From: an uncultured Blautia sp.
Lineage (GTDB): Bacteria > Bacillota > Clostridia > Lachnospirales > Lachnospiraceae
DNA length: 64,000 nucleotides
Assembly: GCA_946557785.1 (NCBI GenBank)
Contig: CAMNTH010000008.1
Location: forward strand, 52,085-116,084
Reading direction: 5' to 3'
Shown: one piece after another, positions 42,237 to 51,357 of the stretch
Layout of the letters: each line of letters opens with the position of its first letter
Numbering within the stretch: position 1 is the first letter of the stretch
Made by a program: the position numbers and the translations under genes
The notes under the pieces: generated by a model
Databases searched by the model: none
Seen by the model: only the letters and a program-made list of their open reading frames with translations
What the model was told of the DNA's origin: nothing

Positions 42237-43445
42237 TTAGTTCTTTGGATGGGCCAACAGGCTGCGCGTTAATGCGTATTGAAGAAGAATGCCCACTTTC
42301 ATACAGTTTTTATCCAGTTCAAAATCGGCAGTATGCAGGGAAGAGGTTTTGTCCTGCCCCGGCCTGGTACAGCCAAGATGATAAAAAACGCTGGATCTCG
42401 CATGGTGGGTAAAGAAAGAAAAATCTTCTGCACCTAGGTTTGGAGCTTCTTTATAGTGGATATGCCCTGCACCGATAAGATCAGAAGCCAGATTTATAAC
42501 AAGATCTGTAAGGTCATGGGGGTTGATCAGGGCATCATAGCCGGAGTGAAAATGAACGGAAGCACGGCCTCCATAAGCCATGGCAATAGAAGCAGCCTGG
42601 TTGCGTATGATCTGTCTGGCGGTTTTACGGGTATTTTCATCCAGCATTCGGAGAGTACCGCGAAGTATCATGTGATCGCAGATAATATTTGGGGCATTTC
42701 CGCCCTCCATAATACCAAAGGATAGTACTGCGCCGTTAAGAGGGGAAATGCTGCGGCTTACCAGTGACTGCAGGGATAAAAGAAGGGTGGAAGCAATTAA
42801 TGTGGCGTCTACGCCGTTTTCGGGATAAGCACCGTGACAGCCTTTTCCCCAAATTTCTATATCTACGTTGTCGCTGGAGGCATTAAGAATTCCATGCTTA
42901 ACTTCGATCTCTCCTGTATAAAACTGGGGTGCCACATGTAGCCCTGTAATATAGTCCACTGCCGGATCCTGCATACAGCCTGCTTCAACCATGCGCTTTG
43001 CCCCTCCTATGGTTTCTTCCGCAGGCTGAAAGAAACATTTGACAATGCCGCTCCATTCATGCTGGTGATTTTTTAGAAGGCGTAAAGTGCCCAGGGCTAT
43101 GGCCGTGTGCGCATCATGTCCGCATGCATGCATTATGCCTGGATTTTTGGAACAGTATGGATGACTGTCCGGTTCCGTTATGGGAAGTGCGTCAATATCT
43201 GCCCGAAGAGCAACTACGCAGGAAGGCTTCCCGGGATTTCCTTTTCCCTCCAGTAAGGCAGAGATTCCAGTTTCCGCTATCATGACACAGGGAATATGCC
43301 ATTTCTTCAGATATTCAGTTATGATTCTGTCTGTTTCAAATTCCTGTGTACCAAGCTCCGGGTGCTGATGGAGTCTTCTTTGGATTTGGCAGATTTCAGG
43401 GAAAATCTGCTGGATTTCCAAAAGCAGGGTTTGTTTATTGATCAT
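42237..43445 (-). CDS. M20D-family amidohydrolase
   Basis: HQHPEL, RADIDALP, MHACGHDAH, QPAEE, GAEDF, LHT. Confidence 0.93.
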   Translation of the reverse strand: MINKQTLLLEIQQIFPEICQIQRRLHQHPELGTQEFETDRIITEYLKKWHIPCVMIAETGISALLEGKGNPGKPSCVVALRADIDALPITEPDSHPYCSKNPGIMHACGHDAHTAIALGTLRLLKNHQHEWSGIVKCFFQPAEETIGGAKRMVEAGCMQDPAVDYITGLHVAPQFYTGEIEVKHGILNASSDNVDIEIWGKGCHGAYPENGVDATLIASTLLLSLQSLVSRSISPLNGAVLSFGIMEGGNAPNIICDHMILRGTLRMLDENTRKTARQIIRNQAASIAMAYGGRASVHFHSGYDALINPHDLTDLVINLASDLIGAGHIHYKEAPNLGAEDFSFFTHHARSSVFYHLGCTRPGQDKTSSLHTADFELDKNCMKVGILLQYALTRSLLAHPKN

Positions 43446-43572
43446 AAGGGCGCCTTTTCGGTAAGCTTAATATATTGTATTGCATGGAAAAGAAAAGAAG
43501 AATAGCGTATAAAAATTTGCTGTTTTTTTTTATGCTTTCATGTTATATTAGGAAGGTGAGGTTAATAATTGT

Positions 43573-44271
43573 ATGAAATATAATAAAGTGATAGAAGGAA
43601 AATTTCTGGACAGACCCAACCGGTTCATTGCCCATGTGGAGATCATGGGACATATAGAAACGGTTCATGTAAAAAACACAGGCAGATGCAGGGAGCTTCT
43701 GATTCCAGGAAGAACGGTGATCCTGGAGGAAAGCAGCCGCCCTGGCAGAAAAACAAAGTATGATCTGGTCTGCGTATGTAAAGAAGGGCGTTGGATTAAT
43801 ATGGATTCCCAGCTTCCCAATAAAGCGGCAGAGGAATGGCTCAAAAAAGGCATCTTATTTCCGGAAGAGGTTTCTGTGTATACAGAACGGACTTATGGAA
43901 ATTCCAGATTTGACTTATATTTGGAGTCCCCTGGGAGGAAGGCTTTTATTGAAGTAAAGGGTGTTACCCTGGAAGAAGAGAATATTGCCTATTTTCCCGA
44001 TGCGCCCACGCTTCGTGGAGTGAAACATGTGGAAGAGCTGGTGAAATGCATGGAGGAGGGATATGAGGCATATCTTCTTTTGGTCATCCAAATGAAGGGA
44101 ATCCGCATGTTTCGGCCGAACTGGGAAACCCACAGAGCTTTTGGGGAAGCGCTGAGGGAAGCGCAGAAAAAGGGAGTGAAGCTGCTGGCCTATGATTGTC
44201 TGGTAACAGAGGATACTATGGAAATAGAAGATCCCGTTCCCATCGACCTGGAGGAACCATATGCTGAATGA
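43573..44271 (+). CDS. sfsA: SfsA DNA/RNA nuclease family protein
   Basis: RPNRF, HVKNTGR, SRFD, EVKGVTL, FPDAPT.RG.KH. Confidence 0.95.
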   Translation: MKYNKVIEGKFLDRPNRFIAHVEIMGHIETVHVKNTGRCRELLIPGRTVILEESSRPGRKTKYDLVCVCKEGRWINMDSQLPNKAAEEWLKKGILFPEEVSVYTERTYGNSRFDLYLESPGRKAFIEVKGVTLEEENIAYFPDAPTLRGVKHVEELVKCMEEGYEAYLLLVIQMKGIRMFRPNWETHRAFGEALREAQKKGVKLLAYDCLVTEDTMEIEDPVPIDLEEPYAE

Positions 44272-45325
44272 AATTGTAAATCCTCTTCTTGTGTGGTACA
44301 GAGAGAATAAGAGAGTGCTCCCCTGGAGGGATCGAAATAATGCCTATTATACCTGGGTTTCTGAAATTATGCTTCAGCAGACCAGGGTGGAGGCAGTGAA
44401 GCCGTATTTTGAACGGTTTATTTCGGAGCTTGTGGATATTCCGGCATTGGCTGCCTGTCCGGAAGAAAAGCTTATGAAGCTTTGGGAAGGCCTGGGATAT
44501 TATAACCGGGTGAGAAATATGCAGCAGGCAGCGGTTACGGTGACAGAAGAATATAATGGGAAGCTTCCTGAATCCTTTTCTGCCCTTTTGACGTTAAAAG
44601 GTATAGGAAGGTATACAGCCGGCGCTATTGCATCTATTGCATATGGAATTCCGGTTCCTGCCGTGGATGGGAACGTGCTGAGGGTGATATCCCGGATCAC
44701 AGAGAGCAGGGAAGATATTATGAAACAGTCTGTACGGGAGAAAATCGAAAAGGATCTGCTTTTGATAATGCCGAAAGATTGTCCGGGAGATTTCAACCAG
44801 GCGCTTATGGAGCTGGGAGCTGTGATTTGCGTACCTAACGGTCCTGCAAAATGCGAAAACTGTCCTTTGGGAGATCTTTGCAGGGCAAAGAAAAACGGAA
44901 CTGTTTCGGAGCTTCCTGTGAAAGCGTCCAAGAAGGAACGAAGGGTAGAAGAGCGGACGGTTTTTGTAATTCAGGACGGTGAGTATACGGCTATATCAAA
45001 ACGCCCTGCAAGGGGGCTGCTGGCCGGTCTTTATGAACTTCCCAATATGCTTGGGCATTTGAACCGGGAGGAAGCCATCAATGCGGTAAAAGAGTTGAAT
45101 CTGGAACCGTTGCATATTGAATTGCTGGAGCCTGCCAAGCATGTTTTTTCCCATATAGAGTGGCGTATGATTGCCTACCGTATTCGTGTTTCCTCACTGG
45201 AAAAATACTGCGGACAAAAGCTTATTTTTGCAGACAGGAAAGAAACAGAAAAACATTATGCCATACCATCAGCTTTTGGGGCATATGTGAGATATATGAA
45301 AGATATTAAGGAGGAAGAAAAATGA
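44261..45325 (+). CDS. mutY: A/G-specific adenine glycosylase
   Basis: LPWR, VSEIMLQQT, WEGLGYY.R, VDGNV.RV, Fe-S C-x6-C-x2-C-x5-C. Confidence 0.96.
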   Translation: MLNEIVNPLLVWYRENKRVLPWRDRNNAYYTWVSEIMLQQTRVEAVKPYFERFISELVDIPALAACPEEKLMKLWEGLGYYNRVRNMQQAAVTVTEEYNGKLPESFSALLTLKGIGRYTAGAIASIAYGIPVPAVDGNVLRVISRITESREDIMKQSVREKIEKDLLLIMPKDCPGDFNQALMELGAVICVPNGPAKCENCPLGDLCRAKKNGTVSELPVKASKKERRVEERTVFVIQDGEYTAISKRPARGLLAGLYELPNMLGHLNREEAINAVKELNLEPLHIELLEPAKHVFSHIEWRMIAYRIRVSSLEKYCGQKLIFADRKETEKHYAIPSAFGAYVRYMKDIKEEEK

Positions 45326-46338
45326 AGCTGTTGAGCATTGCCATTCCATGCTATAATTCAGAGGCTTACATGGAGAAATGCGTAGAATCCTTGTTAGTGG
45401 GAGGGGAGGATGTAGAAATTCTGATTGTGGATGATGGCTCGTCTGATAATACTGCAGAAATTGCAGATCGCTATGCACAGAAATACCCTACCATTATAAA
45501 AGCGCTCCATCAGGAAAACGGAGGACATGGAGAGGCCGTGAATACAGGGCTTCGTAATGCGTCAGGACTGTATTTCAAGGTGGTAGACAGTGATGACTGG
45601 GTACACAAAGAATCTTATGAAAAAATTCTGCGTACGCTGGAGGAGCTTATCAGGGGACCAAAGACTGTGGATCTCCTGGTCAGTAATTTTGTTTATGAAA
45701 AGCAGGGTGCTGCCAGGAAGAAAGTTATGCAGTACCGTCACTGCCTTCCAAAGGATCAGATCTTCGGCTGGAATGAAGTAAAGCATATGCCTAAGGGAAA
45801 ATACCTTTTAATGCATTCCATGATCTACAGGACAAAGCTGCTCCATGACTGCGGCCTTGAGCTTCCAAAGCATACTTTTTATGTAGATAATCTGTTTGCC
45901 TTTGAACCGCTGCCCCATGTAAAAAATCTATACTATCTGGATGTGAATTTTTACAGATATTTTATCGGACGTGATGATCAGTCAGTGAATGAAAAGGTTA
46001 TGATCAAAAGAATTGACCAGCAGATTCGGGTGAACAAGCTTATGGTGGATGCCTTCCATAAATGCAGTTTTTCAAATAAACGGCTGCGCTCTTATATGGT
46101 AAGTTATTTGGATATTATTACGACGATTTCATCCATTATGCTCATCCGCTCTGGAACAGAGGAAGCTTTGGAAAAGAAAAAAGAGCTTCTTTCTTACATT
46201 AAAGAGCAGGATCGCTGGCTGTACAGAAAACTGAGGTTCAGCATTCTTGGAAATGCATCCAACCTTCCTGGAAAGAGCGGCAGAAAGATGTTTGTTACAG
46301 GATATAAAATTGCCCAGAAATTTTATGGATTTAACTGA
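45322..46338 (+). CDS. GT2-family glycosyltransferase
   Basis: IAIPCYNS, VDDGSSD, ENGGHG, VDSDD. Confidence 0.92.
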   Translation: MKLLSIAIPCYNSEAYMEKCVESLLVGGEDVEILIVDDGSSDNTAEIADRYAQKYPTIIKALHQENGGHGEAVNTGLRNASGLYFKVVDSDDWVHKESYEKILRTLEELIRGPKTVDLLVSNFVYEKQGAARKKVMQYRHCLPKDQIFGWNEVKHMPKGKYLLMHSMIYRTKLLHDCGLELPKHTFYVDNLFAFEPLPHVKNLYYLDVNFYRYFIGRDDQSVNEKVMIKRIDQQIRVNKLMVDAFHKCSFSNKRLRSYMVSYLDIITTISSIMLIRSGTEEALEKKKELLSYIKEQDRWLYRKLRFSILGNASNLPGKSGRKMFVTGYKIAQKFYGFN

Positions 46339-46369
46339 TCGGGTAATCCGGATCAATATGCAGTAAAGT

Positions 46370-46415
46370 AAAAAGAGGATATTCCCAAGGGCTTTTAGGG
46401 AAATCCTCTTTTTTT
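46370..46415. terminator. Bidirectional terminator
   Basis: AAAAAGAGGAT..TCCC/GGGA..ATCCTCTTTTT. Confidence 0.75.
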
Positions 46416-46503
46416 ACTTTATGATATATTATGATGTTAGGGGCAAAAGCCCCGCCTGTGAGCTGGCTCATGTGGGTTTAGGCCCTGGGATGCCGGTATC
46501 ATA

Positions 46504-47196
46504 CTATAATTTATAACGTCTGTGCCTTGGCTTGTGCCAGGTACTGTAAACAGATTCGTCCCGGGTTTCCAGCGCCCTCTGGGGATAGAATACCAGGTAG
46601 CCGAACAGGGCAAGAGTAGCGCCCATACATACATCAATAACAGAATGCTGCTTTAAGAACATAGTAGACATGATGATCAGTATGGTCAGTACCAGGGAAC
46701 CGCGCTTCATGAGCTTATGATTCCTTAGAGCCTGGCAGGAGGTGAGGGACATATGGATCGCCAGGGAGTTAAACACATGGATACTTGGCAGAACATTAGT
46801 AGGCGTATCCGTACGGTAAAGTCCTCTTACAAGGTCCGTAAATATATTTTCCCTGGGAAATTCCTCAGGACGGAGATGCAGCACATTGGGATAAAGATAG
46901 GAGATGATCAAAAACAGGGTCATTCCCATCATCATATTAAAAATCAGCTGATAATACTCGTGCTTGTTTTTATTCAAAAAAATGAAATACATTACCGTTA
47001 TGATCATATACGGAAACCAGAGAAGGTAGGGGACGATAAAAATCTCACAAAAAGGAATCATATCGTCAAACACTGTATGTATCACATGGTATCCATGAAC
47101 AGGCAGCCGTTCCAGATAGAAAAACAGCAGCAGGTAAATGCAGCTGTAGATCAATATAACAAAGCCGTGTTTGTATTTTTTGCAAAATTCCAGCAA
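46504..47196 (-). CDS. PAP2-superfamily membrane phosphatase/phosphotransferase
   Basis: LRP, NVLPSIHV, STMFLKQHSVID; probable TTG start at 47196 after GAAGGTG. Confidence 0.85.
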   Translation of the reverse strand: MLEFCKKYKHGFVILIYSCIYLLLFFYLERLPVHGYHVIHTVFDDMIPFCEIFIVPYLLWFPYMIITVMYFIFLNKNKHEYYQLIFNMMMGMTLFLIISYLYPNVLHLRPEEFPRENIFTDLVRGLYRTDTPTNVLPSIHVFNSLAIHMSLTSCQALRNHKLMKRGSLVLTILIIMSTMFLKQHSVIDVCMGATLALFGYLVFYPQRALETRDESVYSTWHKPRHRRYKL

Positions 47197-47603
47197 AGTT
47201 TCACCTTCCTTAAAAATTCGTTTGTGCAGCCCCTTCTGCTTGTACAGCCACGATACAAACAAGAGGACTAAAGCACGCCGTCATTATAGCATAGACATAA
47301 TGACTTTTAAAGTATTCTTTCAATAAAGATACAGAGAATTTACAAGCTGATCTGTAGGGTTCTCCGTCTATATGCACAAGGAAAAATATATAAAAGGAAA
47401 AAGTGGCTCCTTACATGATTATATGTTCTTTCGGTATATCTTAGCATCCAAAGAGCATAGTTTTCAAATAAAATTTCTATAAACTATGGGAAAAGATTAT
47501 AAAGTAAAAGAGCTGTTATAGCCCTTCTGGGAAAAATATGCTATACTAAACCGACAGATGGAAAAAGGACTGGAATTTTTCCATGATGAGAAAGGATAGA
47601 ATT

Positions 47604-49799
47604 ATGAAATCTTTAGTAATTGCAGAGAAACCTTCTGTTGCAAGAGATATTGCCCGTGTCCTGGGATGCCGCCAGAAAGGAAACGGATGCCTGGAAGGTG
47701 GGGCATATACGGTAACCTGGGCGCTGGGACATCTTGTGACTTTGGCAGATCCGGAAGAATACGATAAAAAATATACAAAATGGGAAATGACCACGCTTCC
47801 CATGATGCCTGAAAAAATGAAGCTCGTGGTCATCGGACAGACTGCAAAGCAGTATCATGCAGTAAAGTCCCTGCTTTTCCGAGGGGATATTAAGGATATT
47901 GTTATTGCTACAGATGCAGGAAGGGAAGGGGAGCTGGTAGCTAGATGGATCCTGGAGAAATCCGGCTGTACTAAGCCCATAAAGCGTCTTTGGATTTCCT
48001 CCGTAACGGACAAGGCGATTCAGGACGGGTTCCGGAATCTGAAGGACGGAAGGGAATATGATAATCTTTACCGTGCAGCAGCAGCAAGGGCAGAGGCTGA
48101 CTGGCTGGTAGGGATGAACGGAACGAGGGCGCTGACCTGCAAATATAATGCCCAGCTTTCCTGCGGCCGTGTGCAGACGCCTACACTGGCCATGATTGCT
48201 GCAAGAGAGGATGAGATCCGGAATTTTACGCCAAAGGATTATTTCGGGGTAACCCTTAAGGCAGGAGGTGTACAGTGGACCTGGCGGGATGGAAAAAGCG
48301 GAAGCTACCGTTCTTTCCATAAGGGGAAAAGCGAAGAGGTTTTACGGGAGGTAAAAGACGGTATGCTTCTGGTAACGTCCGTAAGCCATAAGCCTAAGAA
48401 GATCCAGGCTCCGGGACTTTATGACCTTACTGTTCTTCAGAGGGAGGCGAACCAGAAATATGGCTTTTCTGCAAAGGAAACACTGAATATTATGCAGCGC
48501 CTTTATGAAAACCATAAGGTTCTCACTTACCCAAGAACAGATTCCAGATATATCGGAAAAGATGTAGTGCCTACCATTAAGGAACGTTTGAAAGCCTGCG
48601 GAACAGGACCCTATAAAAAGCTTGCAGGCGTGCTGCTGAATAAGCCGGTTCAGGTAAATGCAAGCTTTGTAGACGATAAAAAGGTCAGCAATCATCATGC
48701 CATTATTCCTACAGAACAGTTTGTACAGCTTGATCATATGACCAATGAAGAGCGGAAGATTTATGATATGGTTGTGCGGCGGTTCTTAAGTGTGCTGTAT
48801 CCGCCCTTTGTGTATGACCAGGTGGTGATGGAAGGGAATGCAGGGGGGCATTCTTTTGCAGCAAAGGGAAAACTTATCAAAAGTCCAGGGTGGAAAGAGA
48901 TTTACGATGGAAGCTATGATGAGGACGAGGAGGAAACCGGGGAACTGCAGCCAAAAGACCAGAGCCTTCCGGACTTAAAGGAAGGGGAACGCCTGAAAAT
49001 CGAAAATGCTGTGCAAACAGCAGGAAAGACAAAGCCCCTGGCTCGTTTTACGGAAGCAACGCTTCTGGCTGCCATGGAGAATCCGGTGAGATATATGACT
49101 AGCAAGGATGCCAGTGCCGCAAAAACCCTGGGAGAGACAGGGGGACTTGGAACGGTTGCTACAAGGGCGGATATTATTGAGAAGCTGTTCCATACGTTTC
49201 TGATGGAAAAGAGAGGAAATGAGATCTATATTACCTCCAAGGCCAGACAGCTTCTGGAGCTTGTTCCGGAAGATCTGAAAAAACCGGAGCTGACTGCTGA
49301 CTGGGAGAAAAAGCTTCAGGACATTTCCAAAGGAAAGACGAGGCAGGAAACATTCCTTAAAGATATTCGGGAATATGCCTGTGAGATTGTAGATGAGATA
49401 AAAACAGGAGACGGTACGTTCCGCCACGACAATATTACCAATAAAGTCTGCCCTCAGTGCGGCAAGCGCCTTCTTTCCGTGAATGGCAAAAACAGCAAGA
49501 TGCTGGTCTGCCAGGATCGGGAGTGCGGTTATAGGGAAACTGTTTCCAGAACGACCAATGCCCGGTGTCCCAAATGCCATAAGCGTATGGAAATGATCGT
49601 AAAAGGAAAAGAAGAGACCTTTGTATGCGCCTGCGGATATAAAGAAAAGCTTTCTGCATTTCAGGCAAGAAGAGAAAAAGAAGGGGCGGGGGTCAATAAG
49701 CGTGATGTTCAGAAATATATGAAACAGCAGCAAAGAGAAGCCAGGGAGCCGGTAAACAACGCATTTGCCCAGGCCTTGGCGGGAATCAGGCTGGATTAA
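47604..49799 (+). CDS. topB: DNA topoisomerase III
   Basis: IAEKPSVA, ATDAGREGE, GRVQTPT, LTYPRTDS; C-terminal Zn ribbons. Confidence 0.95.
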   Translation: MKSLVIAEKPSVARDIARVLGCRQKGNGCLEGGAYTVTWALGHLVTLADPEEYDKKYTKWEMTTLPMMPEKMKLVVIGQTAKQYHAVKSLLFRGDIKDIVIATDAGREGELVARWILEKSGCTKPIKRLWISSVTDKAIQDGFRNLKDGREYDNLYRAAAARAEADWLVGMNGTRALTCKYNAQLSCGRVQTPTLAMIAAREDEIRNFTPKDYFGVTLKAGGVQWTWRDGKSGSYRSFHKGKSEEVLREVKDGMLLVTSVSHKPKKIQAPGLYDLTVLQREANQKYGFSAKETLNIMQRLYENHKVLTYPRTDSRYIGKDVVPTIKERLKACGTGPYKKLAGVLLNKPVQVNASFVDDKKVSNHHAIIPTEQFVQLDHMTNEERKIYDMVVRRFLSVLYPPFVYDQVVMEGNAGGHSFAAKGKLIKSPGWKEIYDGSYDEDEEETGELQPKDQSLPDLKEGERLKIENAVQTAGKTKPLARFTEATLLAAMENPVRYMTSKDASAAKTLGETGGLGTVATRADIIEKLFHTFLMEKRGNEIYITSKARQLLELVPEDLKKPELTADWEKKLQDISKGKTRQETFLKDIREYACEIVDEIKTGDGTFRHDNITNKVCPQCGKRLLSVNGKNSKMLVCQDRECGYRETVSRTTNARCPKCHKRMEMIVKGKEETFVCACGYKEKLSAFQARREKEGAGVNKRDVQKYMKQQQREAREPVNNAFAQALAGIRLD

Positions 49800-49811
49800 T
49801 CAGGAGGAAGC

Positions 49812-50489
49812 ATGCGCAGGGAAGTTGATTTAGAAGAAATTTCAGATGGAAAATTATATGGATTAAATGATATGGTCAAAGCAGACTGCAATGATTGTAA
49901 AGGATGCTGTGACTGCTGTAAGGGAATGGGAGATTCGGTGGTGCTGGATCCGTATGATATATACCGCTTATCCTCTTATTTGAAAAAAGAACCGCAGAAG
50001 CTGATGGAATCAGAGCTTTCCCTGGGGGTTTTTGACGGGAATGTCCTGCCCCATCTTCGCATGGCGGGGAAGGAAGAGCAGTGCATTTTTTTAAACGGGG
50101 AAGGCCGATGCTCCGTTCATCCGGCCAGACCGGGATTTTGCCGGTTGTTTCCTTTGGGGCGCTATTATGAAAATAACAGCTTTCAGTATTTTCTTCAGAT
50201 ACATGAATGCAAAAAAAAGAATCGAAGCAAGATCAAGGTACATAAATGGATTGATACGCCCAATGCAAAATCCTATGATGCGTTTGTGACAGAATGGCAT
50301 TATTTCCTGAAAGATGTCCAGGAAGTGCTTTATAAGACAGAGAATACGGAGCTTATTAAAAATCTGAATATGTATGTTGTGAGCAGATTCTATCTGAAAC
50401 CCTATGAGGAAGGGCAGGATTTTTATGAGCAGTTTTATCAGCGCTTAAAAGAGGGAAATGAGCTTTTGAGCCTGGAAATGGATTCCTGA
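49812..50489 (+). CDS. YkgJ-family cysteine-cluster protein
   Basis: C-x2-C-x2-CC, CIFL, CSVHPARPGFCRLFP. Confidence 0.88.
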   Translation: MRREVDLEEISDGKLYGLNDMVKADCNDCKGCCDCCKGMGDSVVLDPYDIYRLSSYLKKEPQKLMESELSLGVFDGNVLPHLRMAGKEEQCIFLNGEGRCSVHPARPGFCRLFPLGRYYENNSFQYFLQIHECKKKNRSKIKVHKWIDTPNAKSYDAFVTEWHYFLKDVQEVLYKTENTELIKNLNMYVVSRFYLKPYEEGQDFYEQFYQRLKEGNELLSLEMDS

Positions 50490-50491
50490 AC

Positions 50492-50531
50492 AAAAAAATC
50501 TCCTGCGTCATAAATGCGCAGGAGATTTTTT
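50492..50531. terminator. Bidirectional terminator
   Basis: AAAAAATCTCCTGCG/CGCAGGAGATTTTTT. Confidence 0.9.
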
Positions 50532-50554
50532 GCCGGGAACAGTTTCAGGAAGAA

Positions 50555-50797
50555 TCAGGGAGTTTTCTTTTTCGCTGGATATGGCTGTTTAATGTCTGTT
50601 CTGCCAAGTAGATAATCCACGCTTACATTGTGAAAATCTGCTATCTTGCACAGCAGTTCCAGAGGAATGACATGTTCCCCTGTTTCATATCTGGAATATG
50701 TACGCTGTGTTACATTCAATAAACGGGCCATATATGCCTGCGTCAGATCCTGATCTTCCCTCAATTCCCGGATTCTGCGGTAAGACATGATCTTCAC
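50555..50797 (-). CDS. XRE-family HTH protein
   Basis: RIRELRED.DLTQ...YSRYETG...SVDYLLG. Confidence 0.9.
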   Translation of the reverse strand: MKIMSYRRIRELREDQDLTQAYMARLLNVTQRTYSRYETGEHVIPLELLCKIADFHNVSVDYLLGRTDIKQPYPAKKKTP

Positions 50798-50972
50798 CTC
50801 ATTTTATCTTTTGTAAAAATGTCTGTAAAACAGCACTCTAATAAGAAAGAACGCCGTACTGCTCCTGTGGAACATCATACCTTAGTCCAAAATGGGCGTT
50901 GCAGAAATAGACCGAAAACGTCTAAGAATCTTGATGCATGATCAGAGGGAAAAGAGAAAGGAAGGTGTCAAT

Positions 50973-51296
50973 ATGATATCAGAAAAGATACAATATATGC
51001 TATGGTGTTATTTAGGCGCAGTAAATCTGGCTGCATTTGCAGCATATGGATGGGATAAGACAAAAGCAAAAAGGAAGCAGTGGCGAATTTCAGAAAAAAG
51101 TCTCCTTCTGTTAGCTGCCATAGGAGGAAGCCTGGGGGCTTTTCTGGGAATGCATGTGTTTCATCACAAAACAAGAAAGCTGAAATTTTCAATGGGTATG
51201 CCGATACTGCTTCTTGTTCATGCAGCGATCCTCATAGGGGTATTTATATTGACATATCCGGATGCCCTTGCTAAAATAACCATATTGGGATTATAG
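50973..51296 (+). CDS. DUF1294-family membrane protein
   Basis: YGWDK.KA...WRISE..L....GGSLGA..GM..FHHKT.K. Confidence 0.88.
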   Translation: MISEKIQYMLWCYLGAVNLAAFAAYGWDKTKAKRKQWRISEKSLLLLAAIGGSLGAFLGMHVFHHKTRKLKFSMGMPILLLVHAAILIGVFILTYPDALAKITILGL

Positions 51297-51357
51297 GTTT
51301 TATGAAGCAGGTTCATCATATGATTGATAATTTGTAGCGTGCAGAGGGGAAAGAAAA

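Noticed and set aside
46430-46500. GC-rich small hairpins (GGGGCAAAAGCCCC, TGAGCTGGCTCA) between convergent genes as an ncRNA
   Set aside because: No properly spaced promoter and no resemblance to SRP, 6S, tmRNA or tRNA that I can support.
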